From the IMG/VR virus record IMGVR_UViG_3300031998_000073: 64,000 nt of DNA; one strand, written 5' to 3'. The stretch comes from an uncultured virus (IMG/VR IMGVR_UViG_3300031998_000073). Its lineage: Duplodnaviria; Heunggongvirae; Uroviricota; Caudoviricetes. Numbering within the stretch: position 1 is the stretch's first letter; the number at the start of each line of letters is the position of its first letter. Under the pieces are notes generated by a model that saw only the letters and a program-made list of their open reading frames with translations, did not search any database and was not told the origin of the DNA. Of this stretch, positions 56,384 to 64,000 are shown piece by piece. The translations under genes were made by a program, and so were the position numbers.

Positions 56384-56653
56384 ATGATTACACCGGCATT
56401 CATATTCGACACCGAGGCCAACGGCTATATCAGCGACCCGTTCACCGTGTTTGAGCAGGCGAAGGTACACATCGAGCTTGCCAGCAGGGCGCCTGTGGTG
56501 ACGCTGAAGGAGGAACCGGACGGCAGCTACGCCAACTACGGGCAAAGCCCGAAGGAGAGTGACCGCTACGAGATCAACCTCACCACCAAGGACGAGATAA
56601 CGGTCCGTCTGGCCGCTCCCGTCGAGGTGACGAAATGTTACATCATCAACTGA
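56384..56653 (+). CDS. hypothetical structural protein
   Basis: Operon position. Confidence 0.7.
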   Translation: MITPAFIFDTEANGYISDPFTVFEQAKVHIELASRAPVVTLKEEPDGSYANYGQSPKESDRYEINLTTKDEITVRLAAPVEVTKCYIIN

Positions 56654-56660
56654 CACCCGT

Positions 56661-57662
56661 ATGAAAATATTCGAATACGACGTACATATCGGCCAGCACC
56701 GCGTCCTGACAAATACGCATGACATCGCCGACAAGGCCGTCACCGGCAGGAAGCTGGCAGACCGTATCATCGACTGGTACCACATCATCAAGAAGGCCAT
56801 CCGCAACGAGCATATCGCAGACAAAGCGATTAATACCAGAACCATAGACGACAAGGCCGTCACGCCCAAGAAACTGTCTGACGATGTTGTTCCCGATGTG
56901 ATCCAGCCGCTTTTGGACGAACTTGACGAGAGACACAAGACCATAACCGACGATCTGCAACATCAGATTACATCAATGGTTGCAGGCTCAAGTGTACCCA
57001 TCAGCAATCAGTTTGGTGACAATACGCTTGTATGTGTTTCGCAGAAAGCCCTCACTGAGGCATTCAACAAGGTCTGGGGCAAACTGGAGGAGATTACTGG
57101 TGAGAGCCTGAAGGGATTCAACCTCATTGTCACTCCTGAGTATTACATCGGAGAGGACGGCTGCACTGTTCATGTCTCTGCATCAAGTGCTGAGACGGCA
57201 GGAAGGTTTGAGTATATCCGCTTCCACATCAATAATATCCTCGTCACTGAGGCTGAGGACGTGGAAAGCTTGGAATATACCACTACGGTCAATGAGACCT
57301 CGGAAATCAAGTGTGTGGCAAAGATTCTCGGCATCGAATACACTGAGACAAAGATGCTCACACACTACAGCTCATTCTTCCTCGGTGCTGCAACAAGCTA
57401 CACCAACATCATGAATGTCAACCATATCATCTCCATCAATGATCACATGAGGGGCAGCTACAATGTGCCGTGCAATGACGGAGACAGAATCTTCGTGGTT
57501 GTGGGCAAGAGTCTGAGGGAGGGCTTTGCGCGTGCTGACATGAACGGTGTTGAAATCCCGTTCACTGAGAGTGAGGTGACTGTTGACGGTAAGCAGTATG
57601 TGGTATTCACGTCACAAAACACCTACCAGAGAGGAACCTACAATATTGACATTAACAGCTAA
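56661..57662 (+). CDS. tail fibre-related protein
   Basis: IADKAVT..K repeats; QFGD....VSQKALT motif. Confidence 0.65.
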   Translation: MKIFEYDVHIGQHRVLTNTHDIADKAVTGRKLADRIIDWYHIIKKAIRNEHIADKAINTRTIDDKAVTPKKLSDDVVPDVIQPLLDELDERHKTITDDLQHQITSMVAGSSVPISNQFGDNTLVCVSQKALTEAFNKVWGKLEEITGESLKGFNLIVTPEYYIGEDGCTVHVSASSAETAGRFEYIRFHINNILVTEAEDVESLEYTTTVNETSEIKCVAKILGIEYTETKMLTHYSSFFLGAATSYTNIMNVNHIISINDHMRGSYNVPCNDGDRIFVVVGKSLREGFARADMNGVEIPFTESEVTVDGKQYVVFTSQNTYQRGTYNIDINS

Positions 57663-57667
57663 GAGAT

Positions 57668-58078
57668 ATGGAAAGTGTAAACGTATATGCAAGGGGCAGG
57701 CAGAAGCCTGTGGCCACCTACAACAATATCCTCCTTCCCCAGAACACAGTAGGGAAGAGGAACATCCTTGTGCAGGACATGATGACCACTGAGAATGCAA
57801 GGTACATCATCAAGTGGGACTTTGACCTTGACGGGCAGACAATCACTATCCCTGACGGCTGTATGCTGTCTTTTGAAGGAGGCAGTTTCTTTAATGGTAC
57901 TGTGAATGTCAACGGTGCTGACATCTTCCCCAACTACGACGCCCTTGCAGGGACTCAGAACATGACTGTTGAGGGCTATCCCAAGGCTGGTGTCGTGAGG
58001 TGGGACTATGAGAATCAGAAACCTGTCTGGAGTACAGGAGAGAAGTGGGTGAATGCCCTTGGTGGTGATAACGTATAA
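57668..58078 (+). CDS. tail-associated protein resembling a tailspike N-terminal module
   Basis: YIIKWDFDLDGQTITIP.GC.L.FEGGSF.NGT; C-terminal PVW..G.KWV.A.G. Confidence 0.6.
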   Translation: MESVNVYARGRQKPVATYNNILLPQNTVGKRNILVQDMMTTENARYIIKWDFDLDGQTITIPDGCMLSFEGGSFFNGTVNVNGADIFPNYDALAGTQNMTVEGYPKAGVVRWDYENQKPVWSTGEKWVNALGGDNV

Positions 58079-58090
58079 AGACTTGCAGAT

Positions 58091-61000
58091 ATGAACAACG
58101 AAGTAACTTACATTCCAAATAGAATTAAGAGCGCATCAAAGAATGACCCATTTGTAGCAGGTGCCGAGGATATAGATGCAGGGGGTAAGAGTCAGCAGGC
58201 TATCAATCAGGAGATGGTATCAGATGTAGAAACTCTTGACGGCAAAATTACAGCAGAGAGACAACGGGCAGAAGGAGTGGAACTGAATCTTACAAGGGAT
58301 ATTTCAGACAGATACACTAAGGATCAGGTTTACAACAAAAGCGAGACTTACAGTCAGGAAGAGGTCAACAATATTGTATCAAGGACTCCCGAGACTGATG
58401 TGATTGTCATTGACATACCTGCTGCCTCGCAGAGTGACATTGCAGGCTGGCTTGATGCCAACACTCCAAGTGGCATTGACCCTGAGACGGGGAAAAGCGT
58501 AAGAGCCAACAAACTTTACCGTGTCCCTGGCCCAACAAATACTACATTCAGTGAGTGGGCCTGGAATGGTACTGCATATATCCCGCTTGCAAACAAGGAT
58601 TATGGCATTGATGACGAGCCAACTCCTGATTGTGATAATATGTCTAAGAGTGGAGGTACATTTAAGTTTGTGAGCCGTCAGACATATAATTCGGAAGATG
58701 TAGGGAAGGCCATTGAGAGTATTAATAATGTACCGACTATTTATGACAAGGAAAATTGTCTTGTTACGCCTTTTATTGACGTGAGGGATACAAACGGTGT
58801 ATTCTACTTCGGTGGAGCTTCTGGAAGTGATTTCGTACATTGCCATATCTGCTGCTATAATCTTGCCAAGGAGTTTATTACCGATTATTGGTGGACAATG
58901 AGCCTTGGATATTACGTGAACTTTGAAAGAAACACGGAAGCTGGTGCAAGTGTAAGATATATCAGGGCAACCATGTATGTACCCAACATTCAGAACTGTA
59001 GCATAAGGGATGATGACGGTAAGGTCTTGTGGCAGGGTGATATCCATAAAGATGGAGTCACGTTAGATTATCTGTATGGAAATACGATAAGAGAGTTCAA
59101 ATGTAACCCTGCCAATGGCAGATTATTGAGAGACGAAGATTGTTGCTGTACGCCATTCGTTAGTGTTGATGGTCTAAGTGGAATATGGTGGAACTCGAAC
59201 TGTCATGAGTCAGAGGTTTCCCTTTGCTGTTATGATGCAAACAAGAGATTTATTGCCGCCTCAAACTGGTCGTCAAATTATTTGCGCTGGATTGATTTTG
59301 GTGGTAGTGACGTCAGATACATTATTGCGTCCATGAAGAAAGACAAAATTCAGGACTGCTTTATTAAAGATGCAAATGGAAACGTTCTTTGGTCTGTTGA
59401 CGCAGGTGATGTTGGAAAAAAGAATTTCAAGGCATACTCTGTTATTCTTCAGTTTGGTTATGACTACTGGCTGAATGATGATACTTCGTTCACTGTCAGC
59501 ATAAACCATGCCAATGCCAACAACTCCGTAGGATATGCTAACTGCGAGAAGGAAGTCGGAGAGGTATATCTTTATGGTGCTGATAGTGCATTGAAAGGCG
59601 ATATGTATGAATATGTAATACCTAATTTCCACTTCCTTGTAGCAAGACAGAAAGAAGGGCTGGACTATTTTGAGCTTACTGTTACCGACTACAACCATTT
59701 ACAGAAGAATGACATATTACTTTGCTATGCTGCATATTCAAATTTGTATGGAGTATTGGCTGAAACAAAAAGTAGAGTATCTTCCAGCTTATTGAATGTT
59801 ATATATAATTCTGATAATATAAATTATTGTATTGAGGCAGCTGATTATCCTGCTCGTATAAAAGAGAAAAAGGATTATCTTGTAACTCCGTTTATTGATG
59901 TAAGTGAACTAAGTGGCATTTGGTATGCTGCGGGAATACGATACATCTATGCTCACCTCTGCTGCTATGACGCAGATAAAAACTGTATAGAGGACTACTG
60001 GTGGACAATGAATACCGGCTACTACATTAACTTCCAAAGGGAAACTGAAAAGGGTGCACGTGTGAAATATGTTAGAGCCACAATGTATATCCCGAACATA
60101 AGGGAATGCTGCCTGAAGACAAGTGAAAACGGAGAAGTCCTTTGGCAAAGCAATGTTGACAGCTATTTTGGAAGTACTTCACAGGCAGAAGACCTTCCTG
60201 TTTACTACAATGACTACCTTAAGGGTATCAGGGAGAAAGTCGAAGACAGGATCATCTCACTTGGGCATCGCAATGATTCCTTCTTCTTCTTTACCGATGT
60301 TCATACCATATTGGATGGCAGAAATAACAACTCTTTCAATTCCGGAAAGATCATCGGTAATCTGATGAAGACTACAAATATAAACAAGGCTGTGTTTGGA
60401 GGTGACATTGCTCCCGCTTTAGGCAGCAGGCAGAATATGATTGACACCATGTCTGACTTCGCTGAACAATGGTACAGACATATAGCACCATACGGAAAAC
60501 TCTACAGCGTAAAGGGTAACCATGACTTCCATATCACGGACAATGGTACAAGAATCACCCTTCCGCAGGGCAGTGTAAGGAACTACTTCATGAACAGACA
60601 GAACATGGAGGCAGGATTACACTACGATGACAACAATCAGGAGTCCGTATACTTCTACACCGACAATCGGGGTCAGAAGATAAGATACATCTTCGTTGAC
60701 ACGATGGATACCGTTGATTGGACTTTCAGCAAGCCCCAAAGCGATTTCTGCTACAATGCCATCGCTAATGCTCCATCTGGATATGGAATCGTTGTAATAG
60801 GCCATATTCCAGCCTGTGAGACAAATGCCCCAACTATCCAGACACTTGCCGATTTCCTTGGAGGATTCAGGAACAAGCAGAGTGTTACAATCAACGGTAC
60901 TGTCTATGACTTTACCAGTGTGGAATCTGACCTGTTGTTCATGCTTGCAGGCCACGAGCATCGTGATGACTTTGTTGCCTATAAGAATGTGCCTTACTTC

Positions 61001-61447
61001 ATTGTCGCGTGCGACACTCTTGTCAATGACTACAAAGTAGGTCAGTTTGGAGAGACTGATGACTTTCCCAATAAAGTAAGGGGCACAATATATGAAGTTA
61101 CATTTGATGCGGTGTTTGTAGACATTCAGAATGAGACTGTTCAGTTTGTAAGAATTGGAGGAGGCTATGACAGGATATGCCACTTCAATACCAACAGGGT
61201 TAATGCGGGCAGTACAATCCAACTGCAAACGACAGTAGAAGACCCCGAATGGCTTGATTGTGATGGCACTGGCAACTATTATGGTGGGTGGGATCCGAAT
61301 ACTGGCATGTATATCTATGAGAACAGCCATACAAAAGTGTCTGTCAACAATGGTACGGTGACTGGTCTGGCTACTGGCAACGCCCTTGTGTGTGCAAGAA
61401 ATCGCATTACTAAAGTAATGGAAATATTCGTAATTGAAGTTGTATAA
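58091..61447 (+). CDS. tail/virion protein with three internal repeats, a metallophosphoesterase domain and a C-terminal Ig-like domain
   Basis: TPF.DV..CCY..VLW three times; TDVH, GGD, GNHD, GH and GHEH motifs; V.NGTVTGLATG. Confidence 0.75.
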   Translation: MNNEVTYIPNRIKSASKNDPFVAGAEDIDAGGKSQQAINQEMVSDVETLDGKITAERQRAEGVELNLTRDISDRYTKDQVYNKSETYSQEEVNNIVSRTPETDVIVIDIPAASQSDIAGWLDANTPSGIDPETGKSVRANKLYRVPGPTNTTFSEWAWNGTAYIPLANKDYGIDDEPTPDCDNMSKSGGTFKFVSRQTYNSEDVGKAIESINNVPTIYDKENCLVTPFIDVRDTNGVFYFGGASGSDFVHCHICCYNLAKEFITDYWWTMSLGYYVNFERNTEAGASVRYIRATMYVPNIQNCSIRDDDGKVLWQGDIHKDGVTLDYLYGNTIREFKCNPANGRLLRDEDCCCTPFVSVDGLSGIWWNSNCHESEVSLCCYDANKRFIAASNWSSNYLRWIDFGGSDVRYIIASMKKDKIQDCFIKDANGNVLWSVDAGDVGKKNFKAYSVILQFGYDYWLNDDTSFTVSINHANANNSVGYANCEKEVGEVYLYGADSALKGDMYEYVIPNFHFLVARQKEGLDYFELTVTDYNHLQKNDILLCYAAYSNLYGVLAETKSRVSSSLLNVIYNSDNINYCIEAADYPARIKEKKDYLVTPFIDVSELSGIWYAAGIRYIYAHLCCYDADKNCIEDYWWTMNTGYYINFQRETEKGARVKYVRATMYIPNIRECCLKTSENGEVLWQSNVDSYFGSTSQAEDLPVYYNDYLKGIREKVEDRIISLGHRNDSFFFFTDVHTILDGRNNNSFNSGKIIGNLMKTTNINKAVFGGDIAPALGSRQNMIDTMSDFAEQWYRHIAPYGKLYSVKGNHDFHITDNGTRITLPQGSVRNYFMNRQNMEAGLHYDDNNQESVYFYTDNRGQKIRYIFVDTMDTVDWTFSKPQSDFCYNAIANAPSGYGIVVIGHIPACETNAPTIQTLADFLGGFRNKQSVTINGTVYDFTSVESDLLFMLAGHEHRDDFVAYKNVPYFIVACDTLVNDYKVGQFGETDDFPNKVRGTIYEVTFDAVFVDIQNETVQFVRIGGGYDRICHFNTNRVNAGSTIQLQTTVEDPEWLDCDGTGNYYGGWDPNTGMYIYENSHTKVSVNNGTVTGLATGNALVCARNRITKVMEIFVIEVV

Positions 61448-61452
61448 AATAT

Positions 61453-62835
61453 ATGGCTACAAAGAGAATAGCGTGGACTACGGGAAGCGGTAACATTACC
61501 TTGACTTATACTGGCCAAGGTAATGGAACCATTACTGTGGAGTCTGATGAAAATAATCTTGGAGCTGCCAGAAGTCAGATTGTGTCTATTCATACAACCG
61601 ATAATGTTAAAACAAAAAACCTTACAGTTAACCAAGCTGCTTGTCCTTTTCCTGTAGGTGACACAAAAAATTATTCTTACACAGGTTCTTATCAAGAAGT
61701 AGAATTGCCAGCAGGTCAGTATAAGTTACAATGTTGGGGTGCTCAAGGTGGTAGTAATGGAGCTAATTCAACTTATGGAATTACTGCTCAAGCTGGCGGT
61801 AAAGGTGGTTATTCTGAGGGTATTATAACGCTTTCTCAAAAAACAACTGTAAGAGTCTACGTAGGAGGTCAGGGTTCATCATCCGCTGGTGGTTTCAATG
61901 GCGGTGGAAGCACAACAGGAACTTCCCAATATAATGCAAGCAATGATTTAGGCTATTCAAAGATGGGTGGCGGTGGTGGTGCCACTGATATAAGACTTAG
62001 TGATGGAGCATTGCTTTCACGCATGATTGTAGCTGGCGGTGGTGCTGGTGGTGCTATGGCTTACAGAAGTAATACTACAACTACCACTACAAGCGTGAGT
62101 TTTGCAAGTTCTAATCTCAAGTATGATGGTTATTATTTGGAAACAAACGGAACGCCAACTGCGGCTAATAATTGGTGTATAACTAAACCTATATATTTAA
62201 AAGCAGGAGATACTATATCTGGAACAGCAAAAGGATATGGGCCTGTTATATACTTAGCAAAAACAAATTCTTCTGGAAGTTCTTATACAGCAATATTAAC
62301 TTCAAATTCAAGTAGTTCAACATGGCCGTTCACATATACTGCAACAAGTAATATGTACGTTGCTATTTCAACTGCTAAGTCAGGTTCTTCAGCAAGTGTC
62401 ACAAGCACAACAACAACAACGTCAACAAACGCAGAAGTAGGTGGTGTTGGTGGTGGTTTAATGGGTGGCGGCTATTCTTTAACCTATGTTGGATATGTGA
62501 ATGAAGCTGGTACAGGAGGTTCTTTTGGAATAGGTGCTAATCAGACTACTACAAATTATCGCTTTGCTTCTGCTGGCGGTGGTGGTGGCTGGTATGGCGG
62601 AGGAGGAGGACAGAAGTCTAATGCTACTATTATTTATGTAAAATATAGTGGTGGTGGTTCTGGGTTTGTTAACATTGCTGCTAATGCACAATACAGACCT
62701 ACTGGATATACAGGATTGCAGCTTGATAGCGGTGAGACAAAGGATGGTGCTACATCATTTCCAAATACTGCTGGTACAGGCAATGAAACAGGGCACTCTG
62801 GTAATGGATATGCAAGAATAACGAGGCTGGCATGA
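61453..62835 (+). CDS. glycine-rich domain virion protein with BACON-like N-terminus
   Basis: LPAGQYKLQCWGAQGG, GGGGGATDIR, RMIVAGGG, GGGGGWYGG and GNGYARIT motifs. Confidence 0.8.
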   Translation: MATKRIAWTTGSGNITLTYTGQGNGTITVESDENNLGAARSQIVSIHTTDNVKTKNLTVNQAACPFPVGDTKNYSYTGSYQEVELPAGQYKLQCWGAQGGSNGANSTYGITAQAGGKGGYSEGIITLSQKTTVRVYVGGQGSSSAGGFNGGGSTTGTSQYNASNDLGYSKMGGGGGATDIRLSDGALLSRMIVAGGGAGGAMAYRSNTTTTTTSVSFASSNLKYDGYYLETNGTPTAANNWCITKPIYLKAGDTISGTAKGYGPVIYLAKTNSSGSSYTAILTSNSSSSTWPFTYTATSNMYVAISTAKSGSSASVTSTTTTTSTNAEVGGVGGGLMGGGYSLTYVGYVNEAGTGGSFGIGANQTTTNYRFASAGGGGGWYGGGGGQKSNATIIYVKYSGGGSGFVNIAANAQYRPTGYTGLQLDSGETKDGATSFPNTAGTGNETGHSGNGYARITRLA

Positions 62836-62903
62836 GCAGGTTTCAGGCCTGCAAACCCAGACTTTCAAGGCACAATAATATTAACAAAAAAAATATATAG
62901 ATT

Positions 62904-63512
62904 ATGGCATACGCAAGTTGGTTAACCCCGTCAAAGCAGTCAGGAAGCGGCAATGATACCGTGAACTTCTCTGCTGGTTCAAACAATACGGGAAGAAATT
63001 CAAGAAGCACCAATGTTACCTTCAAGGCCGTTGGTTGCAGTGATGTGGTGGTGGCTGCTACACAGGCTGGCAAGCCAGAGTTCGGGTCTTTCAACAGCTC
63101 TACGGCTGCTGCTGACAAACTTGGACAGACTCTTACGCTGAGTGGAACAAGTAACTCCTCAGCACTTACTTTCTCGAAGGGTACGGACAATATTGGCCTG
63201 ACACTTCCTGCAACTTATACTGCTGGAGGTATGACTATCAACAATGGTGCAGCCATCACTGGAGACCCCGGTGCCACACAGGAATATGCATGGAGTATTC
63301 AGCTCACCGTTCCTGCAAACACGGGAGTCAGTGCGCTTACCTGTCAGATTGTAGTCACTGATGATGCAGGACACACGAACACTTGTACTATTACCTTGGC
63401 TGCTGGTGATGCAACTCTGAGTGTATCACCTCTCAGCGTTGACCTGCCTTGGGATGGTTCTACAAGTGCAAGCGTGACTGTCACGTCTAACACCAACTGG
63501 ACTGTTGAGTAA
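62904..63512 (+). CDS. BACON/Ig-like domain protein
   Basis: WLT....SGSGN....NTGR..R and VTSNTNWTV motifs. Confidence 0.75.
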   Translation: MAYASWLTPSKQSGSGNDTVNFSAGSNNTGRNSRSTNVTFKAVGCSDVVVAATQAGKPEFGSFNSSTAAADKLGQTLTLSGTSNSSALTFSKGTDNIGLTLPATYTAGGMTINNGAAITGDPGATQEYAWSIQLTVPANTGVSALTCQIVVTDDAGHTNTCTITLAAGDATLSVSPLSVDLPWDGSTSASVTVTSNTNWTVE

Positions 63513-63514
63513 TT

Positions 63515-63886
63515 ATGAGTGAGGTAATCAACGTACCTAAGATGCTGGAGCCTACTGCCAGTGACGGAAAACTGGCAAAGGCTTCGTCCATCTTTGACCA
63601 AGATGAGGGGAAGTTCCAGAGTCAACTGAATGCCCTTATCATCAAGGGTGTCACCAAGCTTGTGCAGCTTACTGGCAATATCCTTGCAGATGAGGAGCCT
63701 GACGTGAACACCCAGACTGATGTCATCTACGTCAATGATGATGCGGAGCAGCACACCGTAGGAGTGAACAATGAAGTCTATAGGACTCCAGACGGGGAAC
63801 TGATGGTCATCGTGGTTCCTTCTCATGGCTACGCTGAGATCAACTTCTTAAATATTGGAGGCACTATATTTGTCAGGGGACTATGA
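63515..63886 (+). CDS. hypothetical tail-region protein
   Basis: Operon position. Confidence 0.7.
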   Translation: MSEVINVPKMLEPTASDGKLAKASSIFDQDEGKFQSQLNALIIKGVTKLVQLTGNILADEEPDVNTQTDVIYVNDDAEQHTVGVNNEVYRTPDGELMVIVVPSHGYAEINFLNIGGTIFVRGL

Positions 63887-64000
63887 GAAGAAGGGTCATT
63901 GCAACAGGTGGTGAGACACCAGTACCGGCGGAGCCATATCTTGATGTGGTTCCCAAGATGCTCTGGATAACTGACACGGTTGGCAATGATGCCTTAGTGT
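63883..64000 (+). CDS. partial ORF running off the window
   Basis: ATGA overlap; MRRRVIATGGETPVPAEPYLDV... Confidence 0.55.
   Translation, partial: MRRRVIATGGETPVPAEPYLDVVPKMLWITDTVGNDALV

Noticed and set aside
56661..64000. Diversity-generating retroelement acting on tail genes
   Set aside because: No reverse transcriptase motif and no near-identical TR/VR pair differing at adenines was seen; the internal repeats are old protein-level duplications. Sequence outside the window cannot be assessed.
1..64000. Stop-codon reassignment
   Set aside because: Genes are intact under the standard code, and TAA, TAG and TGA all end genes at tight junctions

Overview
This window is a 64-kb segment of a temperate, probably podovirus-type tailed phage of a Bacteroidota host (Prevotella-like, judged from the many TAnnTTTG promoters and the gene content). 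No host genes are recognisable. In order it holds: a CI/Cro-type switch (2-3.4 kb); an early/replication operon with iterons inside the initiator gene (3.2-16.6 kb); a leftward lysis cassette; an apparently intact attP next to a tyrosine integrase; three putative ejected proteins including a 4519-aa large polyvalent protein (LPD); an accessory island (NYN RNase, antirepressor operon, small riboregulated peptide, M48 peptidase); and packaging, head and tail genes. The most striking structure is inside the giant gene. A zeta-like P-loop domain is preceded by a canonical internal sense promoter and followed by an overprinted +1-frame gene. A PBECR-like RNase domain is followed by an embedded antisense promoter that would make a closed, multi-stem RNA of about 125 nt. 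Both look like built-in antitoxin modules (inference). Other highlights are a NYN RNase behind a terminated structured leader RNA, a phage rhomboid protease alongside a capsid protein with an N-terminal hydrophobic helix, and a late-promoter signature AATTATATGAAA-N20-TAnnTTTG found four times. All product calls come from motif recognition by eye; no database searches or folding programs were run.
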